Part shown: positions 23,430-35,880 of the stretch, piece after piece
Numbering within the stretch: position 1 is the first letter of the stretch
Layout: each line of letters opens with the position of its first letter
The notes under the pieces: model-generated
Seen by the model: the letters and a program-made list of their open reading frames with translations, nothing else
Database searches by the model: none
What the model was told of the DNA's origin: nothing
Position numbers and translations under genes: made by a program
DNA from: Eledone cirrhosa
Taxonomy: Eukaryota
NCBI GenBank assembly: GCA_964016885.1
Contig: OZ024740.1
Span: 320,788,001 to 320,852,000, forward strand
DNA length: 64,000 bases
Direction of reading: 5' to 3'

Positions 23430-24311
23430 CTGATATAGGCACACAGCCAATAGTTTTGTTGTGGAGGGTAGAGTTAATTAAATCGACCCCAGTGTATCAC
23501 TGATACTTTATTTTATCAACCCCGTAAGGATGAAAGCAAAGCTAACCTCGGTGGGATTTGAACTCAGAATGTAAAGGGATATAACTCTATGTTGCAAAGC
23601 ATGGTGTCCGATGCTCCACCGATACTGCCAATCCATCACCCTTTCATTCATTTTCATTTCATTTTTTGTCCGCTTTTCTCTGCTTGCAAGGGTGGGACGG
23701 GAACTGATTCTGGCTTGATTTCTACAGCTGGATGCCCTTCCTAACACCAACCTCATTTACAATGAGTGCTGGGTGCTGTTTTGCAGTGGAATGATAGGGA
23801 CCCCAGTCCCTATCATCTCATTTCTACAGCTGAGTAAACTGGAGCAATGTGAAATAAAGTGTCTTGCTCAAGGAAACAACACATCACCCAGTCTGAGAAT
23901 TGAACTCACAACCTTTCGATTGCAAGGCCAATGCTGTAACCACTAAGCCATGTGCCTCCTTTGTATGTAATAATTGTTTCTACTATTGGCACAAGGCCAG
24001 CAATTACCCAGTACATTACTGGAACTTTATTTTATCGACCCCGTAAGGATGAAAGGCAAAGTTAACCTCAGCGGGATTTGAACTCAGAATGGTAAGGGCC
24101 GTAACTCTATACGTCAAAGCATGGCATCCGACCCTCTACCGATACTGCCAATTAACCCTTTGTATGTAATAATTGTTTCTACTTTAGGCACAAGGCCAGC
24201 AATTACCCAGTGCATTACTGGTACTTTATTTTATCGACCCCGTAAGGATGAAAGGCAAAGTCAACCTTGGCGGGATTTGAACTCAGATCGTAAAGGGACG
24301 TATGTAATAAT
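23430..24311 (-). mobile_element. Cluster of minus-strand SINEs (three family A, one family B/C composite)
   Basis: Family A at 23430-23640, 23975-24156 and 24174-24299; family B tail plus tRNA-like head (gtgtcttgctcaagg...ttgaactcac) at 23660-23958. Confidence 0.8.
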
Positions 24312-24711
24312 AAAAGTGAAAAAGTGATTCAACAAAACAACAGTGACAGAGCAGTTGAGAGAGAAGTGTTTGTGAGAAAAAAATAGAAATAAATGCTAAT
24401 AGCAGACTTAGAGAATAGGTTGACACTCTATCATCTGAATTAGGTCAATAATAACATGATACTATCCTCGAAAAGCTAAATTAATATACACCGTAGTTTA
24501 ATTTCAAATAGTATCAATTTTTCTTTGTTCTGTAAAATCAAAGACTGGTGTAAAACAACTTTATAAAAGCTAACGTAATATTGTTAAACCTTCAACTGAT
24601 AGTTTGAGCCGATTCTAGACTTTTGTGGGACGTCTCTCTCTCTGAATCTTTCTTTGTATAACGGCCTATTTCTCTCTCTCTATCTTTAGATGTGTGTGTG
24701 TATGTATGTAT

Positions 24712-25008
24712 ATCATCATCATCATCACCGTTTTACGTCCGTTCTTCTACACTAGCATGGGTTAGATGGGTTGTCCTGTTGTTGGCAGTGTCCGGTCGGC
24801 TGACCTTGGCTTGCTCATACGGGAACAGCTGGATACCCTTCCTAACACCAACTTCATTTACAGTGAGTGGTGGGTGCTTTTTTTCCATGGCACCTACACG
24901 TCCACTTTACAGTGGAATGATAGGGACCCCAGTCCTATCATCTCATTTTTACAGCTGAGTAAACTGGAACAATGTGAAATAAAGTGTCTTGCTCAAGGAA
25001 ACAACACA
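24712..25008 (-). mobile_element. SINE family B/C composite
   Basis: (CAT)n, family B tail, then the segment shared with 23785-23882. Confidence 0.75.
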
Positions 25009-26389
25009 TATGTGTGTGTGTGTGGTTTTCGTGTGATTCAACCAGCCAGCCAGCCAACCAACCAACCAATAAACATCTCTCTTTTATCTACTTATATATA
25101 TAACCAGCAATTTCTCTGTCTGTCTGTCCGACAGTGGAAACACGTGCGTAGAGAGAGAGTAAGAGTGAAAGAAAGAGACAGACTACGAGAGGGGGATAGA
25201 AGGAGAGGGAAAGAGAGAAAGTGAATAGACGCTAAAACACGTGCTATAGAAACAGTACCTTCCCCTGTCCACTGACTTTGGTCACTGAGGCCGAGGGAAT
25301 CGCTGGTTGCTATAGAGACACCTTGCACAAGCCAGAAGTAACCAGTTCGAGGCAGTTCTGACTTGACACCATGTGGTTTGAAGAAGGTTGCCATTGAATT
25401 TGTGGTTGTTGCTGCTGATAATAAGGACCATTTGAAGAAGTTTGCTGCTGATGAGGTAATTTATTAATCAGATTGCGCAGTTCCATAACCTACGTTTGAT
25501 TTGTTCAATTTTTTTCTTCAATTTTTTTTGTTGTTTTTTTTTTTATTTCTTATTGAAAAAATATAAATAATAAAATAAGGTTAGAAATTTAAATACAATT
25601 AAATACGATTTAATTTCCATTTCCAGCAGCCAATGTCCAGTGTTCAATTTCATGAAAAAATTGGAAATAATTCAAAAAATTGAAGTTTAACTTTTGAACA
25701 TTTGTTTTGACAATAAAAAAATATTTCCTTATTCACACCTAATGGTATGATTAAAATTTCATCGGAATATTTTTTTCTAACCGCCAGTTATTTAAATATT
25801 ATTAAAAATAAATTAAAAAAAAAAAAAGAATGGAAGATTTTGTGGATTTTTTTTACCACCTTCCAAGACTTAAACACTAATTCTCGCGAATTTGTGTTTT
25901 GTAATGACCCTCAGGATGCTGCTATTGTTGATTCCAATAGTGCCTGGTACTCGAATATGTTAGTATACAATTTTTTGAATAAAATTAAGGCGCAATTAGA
26001 GCTGCCAAACAAAATTTTTTTCGGCTTCGGCCCATATTATATATATATATAATGGGGGATGATGATGATGATATACATAGTTACATATGTATATGTAATC
26101 TCCTTATAATATATAACCAGCAATTTCTCTGTCTGTCCAACAGTGGAAACACGTGCGCGCGTGCGAATGTTTTTTGCGCATGTGTAGAGATAGAGTGAGA
26201 GTGAAAGAAAGAGACAGACTACGAGAGGGGGATAGCGGGAGGGAGAGAGAGAGAGAGTGAATAGATGCTAAAACACATGCGCGCGTGCGAATGTTTTTTG
26301 CGCACGCGTAGATAGAGAGTGAGAGTGAAAGAAAGAGACAGACTACAAGAGGGGGATAGCGGGAGGGAGAGGGGGAATTGAGGAGTGCT

Positions 26390-27171
26390 ACAGAAACATA
26401 TATACATTTCTGTGTGTCTGTAATATATATATATATATACACACACAGAAATATATATATATACACACAGAAATATATATACATTTCTGTGTGTGTAATA
26501 TATATATATATATACACAGAAATATATATACATTTCTGTGTGTGTAATATATATATATATATACACAGAAATATATATACATTTCTGTGTGTGTAATATA
26601 TATATATATATACACACAGAAATATATATACAATTCTGTGTGTGTAATATATATATATATATATATACACACAGAAATATATATACATTTCTGTGTGTGT
26701 AATATATATATATATATACACAGAAATATATATACATTTCTGTGTGTGTAATATATATATATATATACACAGAAATATATATACATTTCTGTGTGTGTAA
26801 TATATATATATACTAGCAGAAAACCACCCGGTGGGTGGTTTTCTGCTAGTCTATCTCTTTATAATATATAACCAGCAATTTCTCTGTCTGTCTGTCCGAC
26901 AGTGGAAACACGTGCGCGCGTGCGAATGTTTTTTGCGCACGCGTAGAGAGAGAGACTACAAGAGGGGGGAATTGAGGAGTGCTACAGAAACATATATACA
27001 TTTCTGTGTGTGTGTAATATATATATATATATACACACACAGAAATATATATATATACACACAGAAATATATATACATTTCTGTGTGTGTAATATATATA
27101 TATATATATACATTTCTGTGTGTGTAATATATATATATACACACAGAAATATATATACATTTCTGTGTGTG

Positions 27172-27212
<41 letters not shown>

Positions 27213-27350
27213 GAAATATATATATATTTCCGTGTGTATATATATATATTATACACACAGAAATGTATATATATTTCTGTGTGTATATATATATATATAT
27301 TACACACACAGAAATGTAAATATATATATACACACAGAAATATATATACA
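26390..27350. repeat. ~49-bp self-complementary minisatellite
   Basis: Unit acacagaaat-atatatac-atttctgtgt-gtgtaa(ta)n; periods 49, 49, 51, 55, 49, 49 over 26468-26770; also at 27890-27995. Confidence 0.92.
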
Positions 27351-27580
27351 TCTCTTAGCTACTGTACTGTATCTGTTGCTATCCCTCTCTCTCTCCAGCT
27401 ATCCCTCTCTTTTAGTCTGTCTGTTTCTCTCACTCTCACTCTTTCTCTTTGTAACACACTAACATTCCTCCCCTCTATCGCTGTGACGAATGGGGAGATG
27501 GAGGAGGAGAGAGTCACTTCGTCACTTCACCTCTGCCTTTCTTTCTCTCCCCTCTCACTCCCTCATTACGTACAGGCATT

Positions 27581-27775
27581 AGGGCGGTGGATTGGCAGAA
27601 TCTGTAGAGAGTCGGACACCATGCTTCATAGCATGGAGTTACGCCCCTTTACGGTCTGAGTTCAGATACCGCCAAGGTTAACTTTGCCTTTCATCCTCAC
27701 GGGGTCGATAAAATAAAGTACCAGTAATGTACTGGGTAATTGCTGGCCTTGTGTCAAAAGTAGAAACAATTATTA
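27581..27775 (+). mobile_element. SINE family A inserted in Helitron-like element
   Basis: Full head, core and tail. Confidence 0.85.
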
Positions 27776-27943
27776 GAAACATTGCTTCATTTTTACATAT
27801 CTAAGCATTAGTAAAATAACTAATAATTTCAAAAGTAATTTTTCAATTCCAATTGTTATGAACAGCAAAACATTAATAATAATTTTGTTCTAAGAAATAT
27901 ATATATATATACACACACAGAAATATATATACATTTCTGTGTG

Positions 27944-27988
<45 letters not shown>

Positions 27989-28513
27989 GAAATATATGGG
28001 CATTTCTCTGTTTGTCTGTCTGTCCTTCCCTAAAACTCAAATGTAGGTGCTACAGAAATATTACCTTCCCCTTCCTTTCTCCACTTTGGTACTACCAAGA
28101 GAAACACTGTCGCTATAGAAACATTACCTTCCCCTCTCCACTGACTTTGGTCACTGAGGCGGAGGGAATCGCTGGTTGCTATAGAGATACCTTGCACAAG
28201 CCAGAAGGAACCAGTTCGAGGCGGTTCTGACTTGACACCATGCCAAGGACCATTTGAAGATATATTTGCATCGTTATATCATAACGTTTATATTTCCGTC
28301 ACTAATCTCTTTTTCTCCTTTTTTGTTCTAACATATATTTATTTCAAAGATTTCACCATATAGATAACATATATATTTATACATGCATAAAAGACACACC
28401 GAGAGACGGTGAACATGTGGTGCCGAAAACATTTCTCATCCAAATCTCAACAATATCAGTATATACACTAGATTTGCTAGCAGAAAACCGCCCACCGGGT
28501 GGTTTTCTACTAG

Positions 28514-29685
28514 TCTATATATATAAAACTGAGGATGTCTGTCTGTGTGTGTGAGTTTGAATCCCTAAAACTCGAGAACCACCCATCCGACTGTTTTCAA
28601 ACTTTACACATGTAATACTTATATTTCAGGGAGTGTTCTGAGCATTCAAATTTTCAATGCCCTAGGGACCGCATTAGGCGATTTAGCGATCTCTCTCTAT
28701 AATTCTTAGTCTTTCTCTGTTTAGATAGATACATACATATAACGTCGCGCCTTATAATATCTGTCTGTATGTCTGCATTACATCACTTCCCTGAGGATGT
28801 ATGTCTATGTGTGTGTCTGTCTGTGAGTTTGAATCCCTAAAATTCGAGAAGTAACCAACCAATTTTTTTAAAACTTTACATTTGTATTACTTGTTTCAGG
28901 GAGTGTCATGCACATAAAAAATTTAACTCTTTGATCTCCTAGGGCCCGCATTAGGTGAAAAACTGCGTTTTTTAAGCTTTTTAGTTTTTATTTAGGCATT
29001 ACGTCAGACCGATTTCCTTGAAATTATAACTATGTATTATTCAGTCTCTTCTGTAGTTAGAAAAAGCTATCTCACTTACCGCTTTTCACAGGCGCTGCTA
29101 AATTCCACTGCATGTACTCCTCTTCCACGTGCGTCCGACTGCTTAACACCGGGAGCTGCACAAAACTCGCGTCCACACCGTATGCTGGTCACCACTAGAG
29201 AAAGGCCCTCTCCTGGCCCTTCCGGTCGAGCATCCTTCCGGTCAAAGACCCCTTTCGGTCGAGCACTCCCCCCCCCCCCGCCTCCGGCCACCGCACGCCA
29301 CACCATACCCACATCTTCTTCATACCGTGAGCAAAGAAAATCCAACTTTTTATGGCCTAGGGCCCGCATTAGGTGAAAAACTTCATTTTTTCAGTTTTTT
29401 AGGGCTTTTTGGAGGCGTTACGTCTAGCCAATTTTCCCGAAATTTCAAGGCATATTATGCATATTAAAAAAAATTACTTTCTTGATCCCCTAGGGCCCGC
29501 ATTGGGTGAAAACCTGCATTTTTCCTGCTTCATTGAGGAAAATCTCATAGATTATCTAGCCATCAGAGTATTCGGTTTATTTTCTTTACATATTGTCCAG
29601 GCATGCAGTTTTTCCACGATTAGGTCTGTTGGTGGTCCGCGTTCCAAAATACCTTATCCCGTGCAACGCTGGGTACCACTGCTAG
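28514..29685 (+). mobile_element. Second non-autonomous Helitron family
   Basis: 5' TCTATATATATAAAA; 3' imperfect hairpin CCCGTGC-AAC-GCTGGG then CTAG|T; 5' region duplicated (28528-28680, 28790-28960); ctaggg.ccgcatt.gg subrepeat x4. Confidence 0.75.
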
Positions 29686-30703
29686 TATTATATATAGACG
29701 ATGATCATCATCGTATGTTGGACCTCCGTCAATTGCTACGACATGCTTTCCAGCTGATTCGATCAATGGAACAGCCTGTTCGTGAAATTTACGTGCAAGG
29801 GGATAAATTTTCCTTAAACACATATACCTTTAACGTAATTCTAAGGGAGATTCAGCGTGACACAGTGTGGCAAGGCTTCGCCTTTGAACTGCTGGTGCAA
29901 TTCTTTTTTTCTAGCTGAGTATAGTGGAGCGATGTGAAATAAAGTGACCGGTTCAAAAACTTAATGTACCACCAGGAATCGAACATACCTCGTATTTACT
30001 CGATTTTGGGTTTTCCCCTTAACTTTTGGGTTTTCCCCTTCTTTGAGCATGCGTTCTGGTACAATCCCAGGTTCACCCAGGCTTTATAAGCGTGCTTACG
30101 AAGTATTTTACCAGCAGTTGCCGACATCAGCAGAAGAGGCTAATAGAAACATTGAGTTCTTTCCCTCTCTGGCTCATACGTTTACTCATAAATATAGTGT
30201 ATGCATCATGCATACACTATATTTATTTCAGATAGTTATGTATAGAAATAAACGCAATTTATATATTAAAAAAAAAAAGAAAGAGAAATTGTGAGAAGAT
30301 ACATTACCTGGGGCACTGAAATTTATATTACATATTTAAGCTTATCTTTTTTTCTGTCGGCTTTCATTTCAACATATCAAATCTCTCGTCCTTATTTTAC
30401 CCGCATTAAATTAATCTTTACAGACTGAGTTCAAATCCCGTCGAGGTTAACTTTGCCTTTCACCCTTACGGGGTCGATTGGCCTTGTGCCAAATGTAGAA
30501 ACAATTAAATTAACTTCATTTGCACTCCTACAAACTTCTCAGTTATTTCGAAGATCATCTCCCGAAATGCCAGAACTAACTTAGAACTACTTTAACGAAC
30601 ATATTATTCAGTAAGTACCTTTTCTTTTTTTTTTAATCTTTTTAAAATATTTCCATCATTGTATAACTTCTGTTTTTAAAATATAGTTAACATAATGTTT
30701 ATG

Positions 30704-31154
30704 GGCGATATCCAATTTTAGCGCCCTTAAATGCCGCTTACTTGCTGTAGTTGCTGCTTACTTCAATGTATGAGGCTATTCCAACAAATTTACATTCCCA
30801 GAACGAGGAAACAGGGGATATGTCGCCGGCCAACAAATGGTTTGTACAGGTAAGAGAAGAAGGGAGCACCCCCCCTCTCTCTCTCTGTGCACCCTGGCAG
30901 AAAGGTCGCACACTTTCTACGGGGGTGTGTGTGACCCCAAAAGGCTAATAAATCGCAAAAAAACAAACAAACAAAAACGTGGCAAATAAAGAAATCTATG
31001 CTCCAGTGGCAAAAAAAAACAATAAATAAATCTATATTTCTTTTAACGGCTAAAAAAAAGGGAATGTAAATTTGTTGGAATAGCCTCATACATTGAAGTA
31101 AACAGCAACTACAGCAAGTAAGTGGCATTTAGGCCGCTAAAATTGGATATCGCC
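30704..31154. mobile_element. MITE with ~95-bp TIRs and 8-bp TSD (Merlin-like GG termini)
   Basis: GGCGATATCC...GGATATCGCC flanked by TGTTTATG at 30696-30703 and 31155-31162. Confidence 0.88.
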
Positions 31155-32714
31155 TGTTTATGTATATTAAAAAAAATTGTATGTGGTTTTTTAACGTTAA
31201 TTTAAAGGTAGTGGAATGTGAGTGAAATTGTGACTTTTTTCTCTCGCTTTGATCGCATATTTTTGTTCGTTATATTTGTGAAGTTTCTAGCAATAATTAA
31301 TTCTATTATTTTAAGGGCCACCTATATTTTCATTTAAGTAACTCCACTTACATCGATATGCTTTATTAGAATAACGCGTGGTAATACGGAAATAAACGAT
31401 GTTTACGATTGAGAAGGTTGACGAAACTTTCACTTCTGATAGCTAATAAATAGCATGGTAGTGCCAAAACTAGTTGATAGCACATGAAAAAAGGAAAAAT
31501 AATTAGTTTCCACTGAAATCGTCGAAAATGACGTGGCAAGTGAATTTGCAGTACTGAGCCCCTCAACGTGTCTATCTTGCTATCCTCCAGGATAACCCTT
31601 TCTCCTCTCAGTGCGCTGGGACCACGAAGCGTTTTACGCCTGAGGGTCTCCATGCCAAACAACGTTCACTCCTTTCTCGTATCATTTGGGTAGCGATGAT
31701 TGAGTATTCTTTCTCATGTTAAAACTTCTAAAAAAAAAAAATGAAATAAAAATATTAATAACTCTCTTTAATGTATTTTGCTCAAACGAACAAACGGCGT
31801 GGAGATGTCTTGTTTGCAGATAGAGCATGGTGTATATAATATATATTTAACAAAGAAAGACAAAGTAAAAAGGCATTGATAAGATCAGACTGAAGGAGCC
31901 TTGATAATTATTGAATTGATTGCGGTATCACACGTGGCAATAATACTATATGCGTGTTGGCTTCTCAAAGGGTATTAGAGGGAAGAATCCGACGCTCCGT
32001 GTGTGATCAATCGAAACATTATTTAGTGCTGAATTTATATTTTCTTTTGTTTTGATTTCATAATTTTTGTAATTATTTATTTATTTATTTGATCATTTTA
32101 AACGTCCGTATAGAGCTAGCAAGCAAACGCCCCCTTTTTTCTTTTCTGTTCCCTTTAGTAGTGTTTTATTTTTATTAGTTACTACTCAGTTATTTTTATG
32201 TCAATAGCCTTTCATGACATTGTAATCCTGTTTCAAAGATAAATGAATTAACAAATTTAGAATTTATATAAGGAAGGCCAATGAGGCAAAATAAACATTA
32301 AAAAGATTTTTTTAAAATGGGGAGCAAGGGAAACTGCAAAACAGCTAGGAGGTTCTGTTGCTGATATGTATATTTTCATTCTGCAAGACCAACAAATGAA
32401 TGGATTAATTATAAAAAGACTGAAATAAAATTCAATCTCTACACCTGTTTTAACCGACAGCATGACTACCCAATTAAAAATATTAACCTAAATATACAGT
32501 GACACTACATGAAAATTATCTTCAGCGATCTGAGCAGTTATCTCTTTGCTTAAATAAATCTACTGGTTAAAAAAACAACATACATTTTAAACCTTCCAAA
32601 TACATAGTTGTTTGGGTAATTTAAGAAATAGTGATTTCTAATTTAGGCAAAAGGCCAACACATTTTGGGGAGAGGGAAGTCAGTTATAACGGCTCCAGTA
32701 CTTCTCTCTCTTCT

Positions 32715-33480
32715 CCCTCATAATTAGCCACGGCATGCCCAGCCCTCCACGTAGACGGTGCTGGCAGCAGATGGACCACCTCACCAAGGGAACCTGTCCC
32801 CTCCACAAGAATTTGAAGAGGAGCCAATCCAAGTTGGCGAGGCGCGGACTGGGGCAATTGACGACGGTCAGGCGGTAGTAGATGACGGACGCGATGTTCG
32901 CGTTCGCCACCTATGCCCGACCTTTCAGTGATAGCTTCCTCGCAGCCCATTTCTGGGTGAGAGTGGCCACTCAGATCGTAACCGTGTCCCAATTCTTATC
33001 CACCTGGAGATCTGGTCCGAACCAGACCCCGAGCAACTTTACCAGTCCGTCCGTCCAGCGACCTACGACGCTGTTGAACGGTATGGACTTGCCTCTCCAG
33101 GTGCCGAGCTGCAAGTCCACCGGCTTTCCGGGTTTAGTTTTGTTCCGTCAACATTTCATATTCCTCCAAGCAGGTGCCGAACACCTTGATTTCCATATCT
33201 TGGTTCGAGCAGAATGCCCTGCAACAGCTCCAGCTTACGTAATAAAGACTAGAGTCACAACGCACAGAAGGGAGGAGATAGGGAATCTTTGACAGAGTGA
33301 TCGGGAGATCTGAAACAGTTCCGAAAGCTGGCCATTAACTGACAACCGAGCAGATGCTGTCCATTGCAGCAATCCAGCCTCCAGGCATCGATGGTCGACT
33401 CTATCGAAAGTTTTCAATTGATCTAAATTGATCAGAGCCCCCTCCCCCACCGAAGCCAGGTTTACTCCCTACCCTCTAAT
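32715..33480 (-). mobile_element. Tx1/L1-type LINE RT fragment
   Basis: GALINLDQLKTFDRVDH, LSVNGQLSELFQISRSLCQRFPIS.LL, LFKFLWRG, GGLGMP. Confidence 0.85.
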
Positions 33481-34042
33481 GGAATGATTTGATAGATACA
33501 CGATAGGTGGTGCTGGCCGAAACTTATCAAATTATATATGTGACCCTAAGAAGCAGGTGAAACTTGAGTAACCAGACTTGCTATTTAGCCTTAATAAAAA
33601 AAAAAGATATATGTATATATGTACTTTTATCAGAATATAACCAGATAGAACTAATTAGACCATTACTCAACAGAGTAGTCAATACTTGGTATCGTAGAGT
33701 ATGGGTATATTATAAATAGTCGAGCCTTCTCTCTCTCTCTCTGTTATAGAGAGAGAGAGAGAGGGGGTTGTTAAAGGGAAGTAACTTTACACAACTGTTT
33801 CGTCACTTTTAGTGAAGGTGTCTTTGAAGTTCATTAAGATAGACACCATTTATGAAGGTAAATAATTGAATATGTTTTGGTATGTTTATTAAATTCGTTA
33901 TTACTATTTTACTCTATACTGCATGTATGTTTCTGTGGAAATTTACTGTTCTATTTAGAATTATTTACTTCTAAACATTTCGTTTTACAAAACTTAAGAA
34001 CGAAATTTGAAAGTGTCCTTTGTAATGTACTGATGACATTCT

Positions 34043-34183
34043 CAGAGCCGGATTAAGACCCCCGTCGTATCAAAAAGATTACATCCATGTACTGTATATG
34101 GAACAAACTCTAATATATTCTATGGGTCCCATCATTGAGGCTCTAAGCACTGCTTATTTTGCTTACTGGTTAATCCAGGGCCG
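34043..34183. mobile_element. hAT-type MITE
   Basis: Imperfect TIR CAGAGCCGGATTAA / TTAATCCAGGGCCG; 8-bp TSD GACATTCT at 34035 and 34184. Confidence 0.7.
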
Positions 34184-35647
34184 GACATTCTGCACTCTCT
34201 CGTTTGTTAATGACTTAAATATTTCCTTCGAACCATTAACAATAAGGATATTACGAACTAATATTTTCTTACATATATCATTTTGTGCTAACTGCCAGGC
34301 CTGGTCATCAATTATTCAATGTAATTACACAGTACATAACTGCATGATTATGCCTTGATTTGAAATTAGATCACCTCGCCTGATGTGTAAGGACGGAGAT
34401 AATTTAAATGAAATTGTCCTGTTTCCTAATATTACTGTATCTTGGATTCTCGTATATTTTGATGTTTTCGGAATGACCTGTATGACTTCACGTGCTTTAT
34501 AAAGTTTTGAACATATTATTGACAATAGATGTCGTTTGAAGAAACTGAAAGAATCTAGTCCGATTCACGGGACATAGCCACGTTAGGGCCAGGGTTGGGA
34601 TAAAGGTTTAATCGTCGGTTCGTGTCTGTGTGTGCGAAATTAATCTGGTGAATCAGATGAGGTAGCTTCAATTTCGATGTTTCACCGTTCCGAAGCTGAT
34701 AGTATTTACCTATTAAATTTTAAGATATCCATATCAAAAAGCGAAAATATTTTCATAGTGCCGGACAACATACTTTGGTATTTAGTTACATTCTAACGCT
34801 CTGAGTTCAAATCCCGCCATTCTTTCTTAGGGGTTGACCAGTAACGCAAAAAAAAAAAATGTTGGCCGTGTGCCTAAATCATTTAGCTTAACTAAAGCTA
34901 TATATATATATTGTATAAAATACATGGCACACTGTCGTTGATTTTACTTCAGCCTTCAGAAAGTGTGTGTGTGCATGCACACCCATGTGAAGTTAATAGC
35001 CATGTTTTGCTCACGTTAAACACATCACTTGTTAAAAAAAAACTTTATTTGCAAAGAAAGGTAAACGCTTTTATTTTTTAACTTTGGGAATCCTTTAAGC
35101 TTAGGATTCATGGGTCGTGGAAACGAAGTATCGCCGTATTTTCGTCAAACAATTTTGAGACGAGCAATTGGAGTCCTGTCAGGAAAATTATATCAAAATT
35201 GCCTTACTATTGACTGTAGTTTTTTTTCTTTTTTTTTTAAATGCAAGTCGATAATTTTACTTTTTTTTTAAAAACTTTATTAATGTTTAAAAAGGGCAAG
35301 GGCTCTAGGATCACAAAAGAATCGAAGGGAGAGGGTGATGGGCTCTGAGCCTAGGGCGCGGCATTTTCGTTTTATGCCGAGAAATATATTTTTAATGTAA
35401 TAGTAGTTGTAAAATGTTGGTGGGTGCAAGTTCCTTCTCACCAAAACCCTACATTAGTAACCCAAATGTTTATATATCAAGAATGATGACATTGTCTTCT
35501 GTGTCCTTTAAGACACGGCTTGATTTGAGGAAGATTTAGCATTTATTTTTAGCCGGCGTAGAGCAGGCATGGACAATAGTGGAATATTTCTTCTAAATCG
35601 AGACTTTTAAATGACTGTTCTTTCATACTTATCCTCTTCAACTACAC

Positions 35648-35783
35648 ATGGATATTTGTCTTACTGTGGAGAAAGAATTAGAAACAGTTTTATCAAAATT
35701 CACTGCTATTCGGGAACATACAAAGCGAACTTTGGGTGACATACCAACTTCTGTTGATAATATAAGGAAAGAAATCAGTGAAG
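35648..35783 (+). CDS. RMND5: RMND5-like (CTLH/GID E3 ligase subunit) first coding exon; remainder not found in window
   Basis: MDICLTVEKELETVLSKFTAIREHTKRTLGDI...IRKEISE resembles the RMND5A N-terminus as recalled (MDQCVTVERELEKVLHKF); phase-1 donor AAG|gtattt. Confidence 0.72.
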
Positions 35784-35880
35784 GTATTTATTACATTTTG
35801 ATTGCATTTTTATTACAACCACTAATACTTACTATTATCGGTAGAGCGTCGGAGAGCAATGTTTATGACATATATTCTAC

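Larger units (their letters stand above)
25088..28513 (+). mobile_element. Tandem non-autonomous Helitron-like elements (three 5' ends, two 3' palindrome-CTAG ends)
   Basis: TC...atatataaccagcaatttctctgtctgtc starts at ~25088, ~26099 and 26850; palindromes ending in CTAG at 26849 and 28513; 25255-25375 repeats at 28125-28242. Confidence 0.7.

Noticed and set aside
26104-27659. Long ORFs (up to 205 aa) on both strands
   Set aside because: Artefacts of the stop-poor 49-bp minisatellite.
29409-29918. 169-aa ORF
   Set aside because: It crosses the Helitron 3' end into a SINE remnant, has a non-ATG start and shows no domain.
31366-31690. GC-richer segment with a 98-aa minus ORF
   Set aside because: No recognisable protein family or consistent splice sites; it most resembles a decayed LINE 3' end.
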